A DNA stretch of 46,069 nucleotides from Phycisphaera mikurensis (GTDB lineage Bacteria; Planctomycetota; B15-G4; JADJEK01). Below, in pieces: positions 31,701 to 40,596 of this stretch. The stretch is from contig DYIW01000007.1 in assembly GCA_020723465.1 (NCBI GenBank), positions 1 to 46,069 on the forward strand. The letters are read 5' to 3'. The notes below the pieces were generated by a model. It made no database searches, was not told the DNA's origin, and was given only the letters and a program-made list of their open reading frames with translations. Within the stretch, counting starts at the first letter, position 1, and each line of letters begins with the position of its first letter. The position numbers were made by a program, and so were the translations under genes.

Positions 31701-32363
31701 CTGGCGCTGCAACGCATCATCGACATCACGCGGCCGCTGGAGCCGGAGACGGCCGTATGGCCCGGCGACCGGCCGTTCTCGCTTTTCTGGGAGGCGCGTA
31801 TCTCGTCCGGGTCCCGGGCGAACGTGTCCACGATGGCGGGGAGCCCGCACGCGGGCACGCACGCGGACGCGCCGCTGCACGTCCTGTATGGGTGCGCGGG
31901 GATCGGCGAGCTTCCGCTCGAGCCCTTCCTCGGCCCTGCGCGGGTCGTGGCCGTCCGGCCCGGAGCCGGCGGCCTCATCCCGGCCGAAGCCCTGCGCGGG
32001 CTCGACCTTGCCGACCCGCCGCGCATCCTGCTCAAGACCTCGACCCACCCGGACAGCCGGCGCCTGCCCGAGGCGTTCGCCGCGCCCTCGCCGGAGGCCG
32101 CGCTCGTTCTGGCGCAGGGCGGCGCCGTCCTGGTGGGCATCGACACGCCGAGCGTGGATCCGGCCTCCGCGCGCGACCTGCCGGTGCACCGCCTCCTGGC
32201 GCGGGCCGGCGTGCGCTGGCTCGAGAACCTCGACCTGTCGCGGGCCGAGGCCGGCCTCTACGAGTTGATCGCCCTGCCGCTCCGCATCCCGGGCGCGGAC
32301 GCGAGCCCGGTGCGCGCCGTGCTCGTCGAGTACCTGCCGGATTCGGGAGAGCCGCATGCGTGA
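31701..32363 (+). CDS. Cyclase-family protein / kynurenine formamidase-like (KynB-type). The putative start is CTG.
   Basis: IIDITRPLEPETAVWPGDRPF ... HAGTHADAPLH ... GIDTPSVD are the cyclase/arylformamidase blocks. The conserved N-terminus lies upstream of the first ATG at 31824. GGAGG (31690-94) lies 6 nt before CTG 31701. Confidence 0.7.
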   Translation: MALQRIIDITRPLEPETAVWPGDRPFSLFWEARISSGSRANVSTMAGSPHAGTHADAPLHVLYGCAGIGELPLEPFLGPARVVAVRPGAGGLIPAEALRGLDLADPPRILLKTSTHPDSRRLPEAFAAPSPEAALVLAQGGAVLVGIDTPSVDPASARDLPVHRLLARAGVRWLENLDLSRAEAGLYELIALPLRIPGADASPVRAVLVEYLPDSGEPHA

Positions 32364-33771
32364 CCGCCTGGCGCGTCTCATCGTTATCGCGGCCGGCGCG
32401 CTCTGCTGCGGGCTCGCGCCAGGGGAGGAGGTTGCGGCGGCGCGCCCGCCGCGGGTCTGCGCCGAGTGGGAGCCCGCGCTCGGGACCCTCATCGCCTGGC
32501 CGCTCGCGCTGCCACGGGATCTGGTCGTCGAGCTGGCGCGCGAGCATCGGCTCTACGTGCTGGTCCAGGGCGGCGCCGCGGAGGAAGACGCGCTCGACCA
32601 GTTCGAGGAGTGGGGGATCGACCTGACGCACGTCGAAATCATCCCTTCCACAGTGCAGACCTGCTGGACCAGGGACTACGGCATGCACCTCGTCTTCGGT
32701 GAGGACGGCCTGCTGCGCGGCGTGGACCCGATCTACATCGACACCCCGATGTTCCGGGCGCCCGACGGCTGCGGCAAGTGCCAGTACCTGAGCCGCTATC
32801 CCGGCGACGATCGGGCGAACGAGGCGGCCGCGGCGCACCTGGGCCTTCCTCTGGTCAAGATGGACGCGTATCTCACCGGCGGGAACTTCCTCGTAGACGG
32901 CAACGGCACGGCGTTCTCCACCTGCGCCGTGGTGGGCGAGAACCTGCCGCTGATGACCGAGGGGAGCCTGCTGGAGCTGGTGCGGCACGTGCTCGGCGTG
33001 GAGCGCTACCACCTGCTGGGCTGGACCGAGGAGTACGGCATCCAGCACATTGACTGCTGGTTCAAGCTCCTCGACCCGGAGACGATCCTGTTGAAGCGCG
33101 CGCCGGCGGACCATCCCGAGCACGCGCGCGTCGAAGCCAACCTCGCGGTCCTGGAGGGAGTGAAGAGCTGCTTCGGCCGGCCGTATCGCATCGTGCGCAT
33201 CGACTGCCCGCGCTTCCGCGGCGACGCGATCGCGGCGTACACGAACTCGTACATCCTCAACGACACGGTGCATGTGCCGCTCTTCGGCGTGGAGGGCGAC
33301 GAGGAAGCGCTGGCGGTCTACCGGCGGAACATGCCCGGCTACCGCGTGTTCGGCTATCCCTGGAAGGGGTGGAGGGAGTTTGACGCGCTGCACTGCCGCA
33401 CGCGCGCGGTTTTCGACCCGCACATGATTTGCATCCGCCATGCGCCACTCCGCGCGCCGCCGCCCGCGCCCGAGGCGTGCGAGGTCACGGCGCTGATCGA
33501 CGACCGCAGCGAGGCCGGGCTCGTGCGGGAGGGGCTCTTCGTCGACTGGCGGCGCTCCGGGGAAGCGGACTGGACGCGGGCGCCCCTGCTGGAGGGCGAC
33601 GCTCCTGATCTCTATCGTGCGGTCATCCCCGGCCAGGCGGACGGTGCTGCCGTCGAGTACTACATCAATGCCCAGGACGAGAGCGGCCGCGTCGCGAAGA
33701 TGCCTCCGTCCGCTCCCGCGGGCTTCCATACCATTCCAGCCGCGGGCGACCCCGCGCACGAGAAAGGGTGA
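32356..33771 (+). CDS. Secreted agmatine deiminase / Porphyromonas-type peptidyl-arginine deiminase (PAD_porph) family enzyme with a C-terminal extension.
   Basis: AEWEP, CWTRDYG, YLTGGNFLVDGNGTAFST, IQHIDCWFKLL, YTNSYILNDTVHVPLFG and DALHCRTRAV, which includes the catalytic Cys context. It has an N-terminal signal or lipobox-like sequence. The ATG overlaps the cyclase stop. Confidence 0.85.
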   Translation: MRDRLARLIVIAAGALCCGLAPGEEVAAARPPRVCAEWEPALGTLIAWPLALPRDLVVELAREHRLYVLVQGGAAEEDALDQFEEWGIDLTHVEIIPSTVQTCWTRDYGMHLVFGEDGLLRGVDPIYIDTPMFRAPDGCGKCQYLSRYPGDDRANEAAAAHLGLPLVKMDAYLTGGNFLVDGNGTAFSTCAVVGENLPLMTEGSLLELVRHVLGVERYHLLGWTEEYGIQHIDCWFKLLDPETILLKRAPADHPEHARVEANLAVLEGVKSCFGRPYRIVRIDCPRFRGDAIAAYTNSYILNDTVHVPLFGVEGDEEALAVYRRNMPGYRVFGYPWKGWREFDALHCRTRAVFDPHMICIRHAPLRAPPPAPEACEVTALIDDRSEAGLVREGLFVDWRRSGEADWTRAPLLEGDAPDLYRAVIPGQADGAAVEYYINAQDESGRVAKMPPSAPAGFHTIPAAGDPAHEKG

Positions 33772-33774
33772 ACG

Positions 33775-34926
33775 ATGAAGACGAGAACATGGATCACGGC
33801 GGCGTTCCTGCTGGCGGCCCTGTGCGCGGTCGCCGGGTGCATCGTGCTTTCCGGCCAGCGCATCACCATCTTCCACGACCAGGCCGCCGACCGCCTGACG
33901 TTTCTGATCGAGTACGACGGCGTGTTCGACTCGATGGAGGCCGCGGAGGAGGACTCCGAGGAGAAACTGCGCGCCTTCCTGACCAACGGCGACGTGATGC
34001 TCTTCGACTGGTTCGGCTACATCGAGCGCGAGAAGCTGGAGAAGGAACTGGGCAACCCCAAGATCCCGCCGCTGCTGCGCGCGTTCCTCACCGTCGTGCT
34101 CGAGAACGCGTCCGTGAAGACGCTCGGGCGCTATCGCGATCCGGAAGGCCGGGTGGGCGTGGCGCAGGAAGTGGTGTTCGAACAGGTCAGTCGCGTGATT
34201 GCGGCCGCCAACGCCGCGATCAACGAGGCGATCCTGCTCGACGAGTCCGCGCCCGCGAAGGACTGGCGCCGCACCCAAGAACGCTGGCGCGTGGCGGCGC
34301 AGGAGGACCGGCAGTGGCTGCGGTTCGAGGGCCACGCGCCCGTGTTCTCGTTTCCCGTCCACCCGGCCGAGTGGGCGCGGGGCGCGCGCGAGGGTCTGCA
34401 CGAGATATTCGAGGAGTGGGCCGAGTCGGTCGCCGAGGAGGAGCCCGACGCCAAGGCGCTGGATCCCGACTGGTTCCTGCGGCTGATCTCCTCCGGCCCA
34501 GTGTCCATCGTCCAGGTCATGGACGAGGTGACGATCCGCGCCGGCGATCCGGACGAGCCGGTCACCTTCCGCGTCCACCTGCGCGAGGGCTACCGGCCGA
34601 ACCTCGAACCGCAGGTCGCGGCGCTGGTGGAGGCCGACCTCGACCGGGCGCAGGCGCAGGTCCTCTTGGCGCAGGGTTCCGAGAACGAGCCGCCGGTCGC
34701 GGTCCTGCCGAGTTGGGCTCCGCCCGAGGACGCGGTGCGTGCGCTTCTCGCCGAGTTCCTCGGCGCGGAAGGGGAGCGGCGCGAGGCGGCTGCGGCCTGG
34801 CTCGCGGGATTCGCGTCCTCCTGGAACGGCGCGGACGGCTGCTCGGCGGCGCCCGAGCGGGGCGCGGACGACGCGGCCTGGACCGCGGCCTGGGCCGCGT
34901 GGTATCGGGACGTGTCTGGGCGGTAG
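33775..34926 (+). CDS. Hypothetical lipoprotein.
   Basis: MKTRTWITAAFLLAALCAVAGC is a lipobox. The start lies 3 nt after the PAD stop. Composition is acidic and non-shadow. Confidence 0.6.
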   Translation: MKTRTWITAAFLLAALCAVAGCIVLSGQRITIFHDQAADRLTFLIEYDGVFDSMEAAEEDSEEKLRAFLTNGDVMLFDWFGYIEREKLEKELGNPKIPPLLRAFLTVVLENASVKTLGRYRDPEGRVGVAQEVVFEQVSRVIAAANAAINEAILLDESAPAKDWRRTQERWRVAAQEDRQWLRFEGHAPVFSFPVHPAEWARGAREGLHEIFEEWAESVAEEEPDAKALDPDWFLRLISSGPVSIVQVMDEVTIRAGDPDEPVTFRVHLREGYRPNLEPQVAALVEADLDRAQAQVLLAQGSENEPPVAVLPSWAPPEDAVRALLAEFLGAEGERREAAAAWLAGFASSWNGADGCSAAPERGADDAAWTAAWAAWYRDVSGR

Positions 34927-35114
34927 GGCGCGACATCACGCGCAGCGCGGCGCTCGCGGCCTCGCTGTGGACGTGTGCCGCCACGGAAGAGGCCGAGCGC
35001 TGCGGGATGGCGACCAGCACTTGGTTGCGGCGCCGCCGCGCTATGATCGGGCGGCGGCCGGGTGCGGATTCCGACCGATTCAGCGGTTTCGACGCGGAAG
35101 GAGGTTCTTCGATC

Positions 35115-35729
35115 ATGAAGTCGTGGACAAGTGCGATCGGTGCGGTGGCGTGCGTGGTGCTCGCTGGTGGCTTGACGGCGTGCCGGACGGAAGGGCTGGG
35201 CAGCGTCCCGCCGAAGCTGGTTGACCTGTTCGACCAGGGCGCGCCGGCGGGCGTGCTGGAGCTGGAGATCAGCCGCGCGGGATGCATCACCGAGATGGAG
35301 GTGGACATCCCGGTCGAGGCCCTGCCCGAGGCGGTGAAGAAGGCGGCGGAAACGCGTGCGCCGGGCGCGGTCTTCACGGGCGCGGAGCGCGAGATCCAGG
35401 TGACGGGCGACGCCTGGGAGGTCAAGCTGCGTCATGAGGATCGCGACTGGGAGTTCGTCATCGACGCGAGCGGCGCGATCCGCGAGACCGAGAAGGAGCT
35501 GCGGCGCGAGGAGGCGCCCGAAGCCGTGCTGGCCGCGGCCGCGGCGGCGGTGCCGGGCGCGGTGTTCAAGAGCGTGGAGCTGATCGAGCACGGCGCGGAC
35601 CAGGAGTACCACGTCAAGCAGACGAAAGACGGCGCCAGCTACAAGGTCGTCCTGGCGGCGGACGGCAAGGTGAAGCGGGCGGTGCGCGAGGCGCGCGCCG
35701 AGATCGAGATCCCGCTGAAGCAGGGCTAA
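35115..35729 (+). CDS. PepSY-like (beta-lactamase-inhibitor-like) tandem-domain lipoprotein.
   Basis: The lipobox is VVLAGGLTAC. The unit LPEAV...APGAV....E.E......WEV.L...D.DWEFVID..G occurs twice. RBS GGAAGGAGG is present. Confidence 0.55.
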   Translation: MKSWTSAIGAVACVVLAGGLTACRTEGLGSVPPKLVDLFDQGAPAGVLELEISRAGCITEMEVDIPVEALPEAVKKAAETRAPGAVFTGAEREIQVTGDAWEVKLRHEDRDWEFVIDASGAIRETEKELRREEAPEAVLAAAAAAVPGAVFKSVELIEHGADQEYHVKQTKDGASYKVVLAADGKVKRAVREARAEIEIPLKQG

Positions 35730-35885
35730 CGGGACCTGCCGAATCAGGCGTCACCGCGCCGCGGCGAGCCCGGCCGGCCGCGCGCGGCAAGGGAAGAAGT
35801 GCGTGCACGGAGCGCCCCGGACGCGCTAAGATGACGGCTTCCGTTATTGGTCCCGTTTTCATGATCTTGCGACAGGAATATCGCG

Positions 35886-37217
35886 ATGCACAAGGTTCTC
35901 GTTCTCGGCGCCGGTCTCGTGACGCGGCCGCTCGTTCGTTATCTGCTCGACAAGGGTGTTCAAGTTACGGTCGCCAGCCGCACGGTCTCCAAGGCGCGTG
36001 AGCTGATCGGCGGCCACGCCAACGGCAGGGCTCTGCAGGTCCTCGCCGATGACAAGAAGGAGCTGGAGAAGCTCGTGCGCGAGCACGACCTCTCGGTGAG
36101 CCTCCTGCCCGCTCCGCTGCATCCCGTGGTCGCCGAGATGTGCATCAAGCACAAGAAGCACATGGTGACCACCTCGTACGTGAGCGACGTGATGCGCGGC
36201 ATGGACAAGGCGGCGCACGCGGCCGGCGTCATGATCCTGAACGAGATCGGCGTGGATCCGGGCATCGACCACATGTCGGCCATGCGCATCATCGACGCGG
36301 TGAAGAAGCGCGGCGGCGAGGTCGTCAGCTTCAAGTCGTACTGCGGCGGGCTGCCGGCTCCGGACGCGAACGACAACCCATGGGGCTACAAGTTTTCCTG
36401 GAGCCCGCGGGCGGTGTGCACCGCCGGCAAGAACTCGGCGCGCTGGCGCGAGAACGGCAAGGAGGTCAAGGTCCCCGGCCCCGAGCTGTTCCTGAACCAC
36501 CACAAGGTTGATGTTGCGGGGCTCGGCGCGCTCGAGGCCTATCCGAACCGCGACAGCCTGGGCTACCTCGACGTCTACTGCCTGAAGGACATCCAGACGC
36601 TGTTCCGCGGCACCTTCCGCTACGAGGGCTGGTGCAACTGTCTGAAGAAGGTGGTCGACCTCGGCCTGCTCTCCGAAGAGCCCGTGACCTACCCCAAGGG
36701 CACGACCCTCGCGCAGTGGACCGCGACCTTCCTCAAGGGCAAGAAGAGCGGCGACCTGCGCGCCGACCTGGCGCGGGAGCTCAAGCTGGAGCCGTCCTCG
36801 AACGTGCTGGAGCGCTTCGCCTGGCTCGGCCTGATGAGCAACGAGCCCGTGCCGCTTGCCGGCGAGCGCACCACGCCGCTCGACGTGCTGGCCGCGCGCA
36901 TGCTGGCCAAGATGTCCTACCGCGAGGGCGAGCGCGACATGATCGTCCTCTGCCACTACTTCGTGGCGCGCTTCAAGGGCGGCAAGGAGGAGGAGATCAC
37001 GTCGACCCTCATCGACTTCGGCCAGCCGCACGGTGACTCCTCCATGTCGCGTACGGTCAGCCTGCCCGCGGCCATCGGCGCCAAAATGATCCTGGACCGG
37101 GCGATCGACGCGACCGGAGTGCACATCCCGGTCATCCCGGCGATCTACAACCCGGTGCTCGACGAGCTGGAGCGCCTGGATATCAAGTGCGTGGAGCGCA
37201 GCAAGGCCCGCGCCTGA
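35886..37217 (+). CDS. Saccharopine dehydrogenase (LYS9-like, NADP/L-glutamate-forming family).
   Basis: The Rossmann motif is KVLVLGAGLVTRP. TTSYVS, LNEIGVDPGIDHM, FKSYCGGLPAP, NPWGYKFSWSPRAV and YPNRDS are collinear with the family. Confidence 0.9.
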   Translation: MHKVLVLGAGLVTRPLVRYLLDKGVQVTVASRTVSKARELIGGHANGRALQVLADDKKELEKLVREHDLSVSLLPAPLHPVVAEMCIKHKKHMVTTSYVSDVMRGMDKAAHAAGVMILNEIGVDPGIDHMSAMRIIDAVKKRGGEVVSFKSYCGGLPAPDANDNPWGYKFSWSPRAVCTAGKNSARWRENGKEVKVPGPELFLNHHKVDVAGLGALEAYPNRDSLGYLDVYCLKDIQTLFRGTFRYEGWCNCLKKVVDLGLLSEEPVTYPKGTTLAQWTATFLKGKKSGDLRADLARELKLEPSSNVLERFAWLGLMSNEPVPLAGERTTPLDVLAARMLAKMSYREGERDMIVLCHYFVARFKGGKEEEITSTLIDFGQPHGDSSMSRTVSLPAAIGAKMILDRAIDATGVHIPVIPAIYNPVLDELERLDIKCVERSKARA

Positions 37218-37335
37218 TCTCGCCCTCGAGGCGCCGCGCCGCGGCGCACGCAGGCGGCTGCGAGCCCGGGGCCGGGCTCGCGGCCGCTTTCCTTTGCCAC
37301 GCCAGTCGCGCCGCGGCGGTCGCTACGATCTGGGC

Positions 37336-37698
37336 ATGCGCATGAGCGTGAAGCTCGACGGCGAGCGGCTCGGGCCCGCGATGGCGCCGCTCACGCCGAT
37401 CGCCCTGACCGCGGGGGTGTACGTCCTCGCGCTCATGATCGTCTTCCTCTATCTCGCCTGCACCATGCGCTTCCGCATCGACGGCCGGCCCGCGGATCCG
37501 AGCTGGGAGCCGCTGTGCCGCTGGCTCACGGTCGCGAACGTGCTGTGGCTGCTGCTCCTCGCCTGCGACCTGGTGCGCCTGCTCACCGCCAGGCGGCGGC
37601 GCGTTTGGGTGCAAGTGGTGACCAGCTCCCTCGCGCTCGTGCTCATCGCCGGCGTGCAGTGGCTGGTGTACTACGTGCTGCAGGCCACGGCACGTTGA
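37336..37698 (+). CDS. Small hypothetical membrane protein with about 4 predicted TM helices.
   Basis: Hydrophobic segments include IALTAGVYVLALMIVFLYLA, VANVLWLLLLACDLV and LALVLIAGVQWLVYYV. The start is uncertain and may be 37294. Confidence 0.4.
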   Translation: MRMSVKLDGERLGPAMAPLTPIALTAGVYVLALMIVFLYLACTMRFRIDGRPADPSWEPLCRWLTVANVLWLLLLACDLVRLLTARRRRVWVQVVTSSLALVLIAGVQWLVYYVLQATAR

Positions 37699-37718
37699 CG
37701 CCGCGCCGGCCGGGCAAG

Positions 37719-38267
37719 TCAGCGCCCGCCGGCTGCCGGGCGGCTGCGCTTGATCTGCATCATCACCTCGAGCGGCGCACCGTCTTTCAGCTTGGCGAAG
37801 CGCACCGGCGGTCCGGGCAGGGACTTGGCGAAGTGGAACTCGCGCATGGCGCCGGTCTCGGGATCGGTGATGCGGTAGAGCCAGCAGTCGAGCGCGCCCA
37901 GCGGTGTTTCCAGCGTTTCCTCGCTGAGCGCCGTGCGCTCGGCCGGGAAGGTCGCGTGGTTCCTGAGCTCGACCCAGGTGCTGGCCGTGCTGGTCGGCGG
38001 GCCCGCGGGCGCGCCGCTCTGGTCGAGCGGGCACGATTCGATGACCACGGACTCGGCGTCGGCCTCGAGCACGCGCCACAGTTCGAAGCGGTCGCCCGCG
38101 CCGGCCGTCTGCCGCAGAATCTGCACGGTGAAGCCTGGCACCATCTCGTCGCGCATCTCCTGCGCGGTGAAGGGCCGGCGCAGGATCGTGGGATCATCCG
38201 GATCGAGCGGCGGCGCGGAACAGCAGGCGAGGGCGAGAACGCAGAGCAACAAGGCGGAGCGAGTCAT
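37719..38267 (-). CDS. Hypothetical lipoprotein.
   Basis: MTRSALLLCVLALACC is a lipobox. Composition is non-shadow. Confidence 0.55.
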   Translation of the reverse strand: MTRSALLLCVLALACCSAPPLDPDDPTILRRPFTAQEMRDEMVPGFTVQILRQTAGAGDRFELWRVLEADAESVVIESCPLDQSGAPAGPPTSTASTWVELRNHATFPAERTALSEETLETPLGALDCWLYRITDPETGAMREFHFAKSLPGPPVRFAKLKDGAPLEVMMQIKRSRPAAGGR

Positions 38268-38334
38268 CGGGCATGTCCTCCGCGGGAGGCGTCTCGGCCT
38301 CCGCTGTGGCCCATACTATCCGCCGGGGACGAGG

Positions 38335-39171
38335 TCATCCGGCGCTGGTCTGGCCAGCGGGCGCGAGCAAGTCGAGGAGCCCTTCCGGATCGTCCGTATG
38401 CAGCCAGTGGCCGGCGCGCTCGAGCAGCGACAGGCGGATGCGGCCGCGTTCGGCCAGCGCGTGGACGCCCGCGAGGTCTCGCTCGCTCCAGCGGTCGCTC
38501 CTCCCGCCCCGCACCACGCGGATGTCGATGCTTGGAGAGAGCGTTGCGATCACGGCGAATCCGTCCAGCCTCCAGTAGTCCGCGAGCAGGTCGCGCGCCC
38601 CGGCCAGGTCGAAGCGCCAGGAATGACCGCCGCCGCGTTCGGGCAGCAGGTTGGTGGCCATCCACAAGGAGATGTCCCGCGGGACTCCGGCCAGCATGAG
38701 GGCGCGCGTGGCGGCGGAGCGCGGCTTGACCGGCAGGGGGATGGCGCTCGCGGCCTCGAGCACGCGGCCAGCGTCCGTGGGCCGGAGGCGGATCGCGGCC
38801 TCGGTCGGGCCGGGCGGGGAATCCAGGCTCCAGATCTCCTCGAGGCCCTCAGGGAAGTCGCGCGCGTAGGCGAGCGCGATCTTGCCGCCGAGGGAATGGC
38901 CGCAGACGACCGCGGGCGGCCTGCCCAGGCGCTCGGCCAGGGCGCGCAGGTCCGCGGCGCAGGCCGCGAGATGGTGCGGCGGCGGCGCGTCCCGCGAGGC
39001 GCCGTGGCAGCGCAGGTCGATGAGCAGGACGCGTAGGTCGGGCCGCCGCTCTGCCAGCAGGCCGGCGAAGGAGCGCCAGTTGCGCCCGCTGCCGAAGATG
39101 CCATGCAGGAGGTAGAGGTCGCGCCGCGGGCGGGCGCCCGCGACTTCCTGGTATGCGGGCACGAAGGGCAT
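38335..39171 (-). CDS. Alpha/beta-fold hydrolase.
   Basis: LLHGIFGSGRNW is the oxyanion region, GHSLGG the nucleophile elbow, and a C-terminal AGHWLH provides the His. Confidence 0.8.
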   Translation of the reverse strand: MPFVPAYQEVAGARPRRDLYLLHGIFGSGRNWRSFAGLLAERRPDLRVLLIDLRCHGASRDAPPPHHLAACAADLRALAERLGRPPAVVCGHSLGGKIALAYARDFPEGLEEIWSLDSPPGPTEAAIRLRPTDAGRVLEAASAIPLPVKPRSAATRALMLAGVPRDISLWMATNLLPERGGGHSWRFDLAGARDLLADYWRLDGFAVIATLSPSIDIRVVRGGRSDRWSERDLAGVHALAERGRIRLSLLERAGHWLHTDDPEGLLDLLAPAGQTSAG

Positions 39172-39237
39172 GGCCGGATCATAGCGGCAGGTGCGCCCCT
39201 GGCCGGCGCGCGCCGCGCGGCGTATGGTGGCGGCGCC

Positions 39238-40584
39238 ATGAACGGGCTGGCGCTCGCGCTCTTGCTCCTACCGGGGACGCTCTTCCAGGACGGCGTGCCG
39301 GCGCGGCCGGCTCCCGCGGCCGCGGACGTCTATCTCGCGGCCGCGAAGGAGGCGGCCCGCTGGATCCGCTCCACGGGGGTGCGCACCGACATCGGCCTGG
39401 TCTGGCCGGCCGATCCGGAGGACACACGCAGCGCTCCCTCGAACCTCTACTCCGGTTCGGCCGGAGTGGTGCTCTTCCTCCTGGAGCTGCAGCGCGCGAC
39501 CGGCGATGCCGCGCTTCTCGAGGAGGCGCGGGACGGGGCGCGCTTTCTGGCGCGTTCCCTGCCGGCCGAGCCCCTCGGCGAGGAGGGAAGCGCCTTCTAC
39601 ACGGGCGTGGCGGGGATCGGCTTCGTGCTGGCCGAGGCGCACCGGGTCGGGGGCGATGAGGAGTTCCGCACAGGTGCGCACCGCTGCGTGGAGCGGTTGC
39701 GCGCAGCCGTGCGTGAGGCCGAAGGCGGCGTGGAGTGGAACGACACGACCGACATCATCCGCGGCGGCGCGGGCACGGGCTTGTTCCTGCTGTACGCGGC
39801 GCGCGCGCTGGAGCTGCCGGAGGCGCGCGACCTGGCCGTGCGTGCCGGGACGCGCCTGCTCGCCCTGGCGCGCGAGGCGCCGGGCGGGCTCTCCTGGCCC
39901 ATGACGCCGGAGTACCCGCGCGTCATGCCGAACTTCTCGCATGGCACGGCAGGCGTCGCCTTCTTCCTGGCGCGGCTGTACGAGGAGACGGGCGAGCAGC
40001 GCTTCCTGGAGGCCGCGGTCGCCGGCGCGCGCTCTCTCGGGGCGCTGGCGCAGGGTGGGGAGCACGCCGGCTTGGTACATCACCACGAGCCCGGGGGCGA
40101 GGACCTCTTCTACCTCGGCTGGTGCCACGGCCCGCCGGGCACGGCGCGCCTCTTCCACCAGCTCGCGCGCGTCACCGGCGACGAGGCCTGGTCGCAATGG
40201 CTCTGGACCTCGGCCGCGACTCTCATGCGAAGCGGCGTTCCCGCGGAGCGCACGCCCGGCCTCTGGAACAACGCCGGCCAGTGCTGCGGCGACGCGGGGG
40301 TGGCCGAGTTCTTCCTCGAGCTGCATCGCCTCTCGGGGAAGGACGAGTACCTGGACTTCGCGCGCGAGCTGGCGGACGCCGTGCTCGCGCGCGCCACGCG
40401 CGACGAGCGCGGCCTCTCCTGGGCGCACGCCGAGCACCGCGTGCGGCCCGACCAGCTCGTGGCGCAGACCGGCTACATGCAGGGCGCGGCCGGGATCGGC
40501 ATGATGCTCCTGCATCTGCACCACGCATTGCAGGGCGGCGGCGACTGGCTGCGCCTGCCCGACAGTCCCTTTGCCGGCCCGTGA
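39238..40584 (+). CDS. LanC-like (lanthionine synthetase C family) protein. It is stand-alone and has a hydrophobic N-terminus.
   Basis: SGSAGVVLFLLEL, TGVAGIGFVL, GGAGTGLFLL, NFSHGTAGVAFFL, LGWCHGPPGTARLF, QCCGDAGVAEFF and MQGAAGIGMMLL are the seven alpha/alpha-barrel GxxG repeats with the Zn-ligand positions. Confidence 0.8.
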   Translation: MNGLALALLLLPGTLFQDGVPARPAPAAADVYLAAAKEAARWIRSTGVRTDIGLVWPADPEDTRSAPSNLYSGSAGVVLFLLELQRATGDAALLEEARDGARFLARSLPAEPLGEEGSAFYTGVAGIGFVLAEAHRVGGDEEFRTGAHRCVERLRAAVREAEGGVEWNDTTDIIRGGAGTGLFLLYAARALELPEARDLAVRAGTRLLALAREAPGGLSWPMTPEYPRVMPNFSHGTAGVAFFLARLYEETGEQRFLEAAVAGARSLGALAQGGEHAGLVHHHEPGGEDLFYLGWCHGPPGTARLFHQLARVTGDEAWSQWLWTSAATLMRSGVPAERTPGLWNNAGQCCGDAGVAEFFLELHRLSGKDEYLDFARELADAVLARATRDERGLSWAHAEHRVRPDQLVAQTGYMQGAAGIGMMLLHLHHALQGGGDWLRLPDSPFAGP

Positions 40585-40596
40585 GTGCGCGGCGGC

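Noticed and set aside
30288-32492. Upstream 735 codons of the 1133-aa minus ORF 29091..32492, and the upstream part of 30305..32146.
   Set aside because: These extensions are Arg/Pro-rich shadows. The credible genes begin at signal-peptide Mets with RBSs (30287 and 31579).
35730-35885. Possible lysine riboswitch or other leader upstream of the saccharopine dehydrogenase gene.
   Set aside because: I could not find the conserved L-box core elements or a convincing multi-stem architecture by eye. There is only a locally AT-richer stretch consistent with a promoter.
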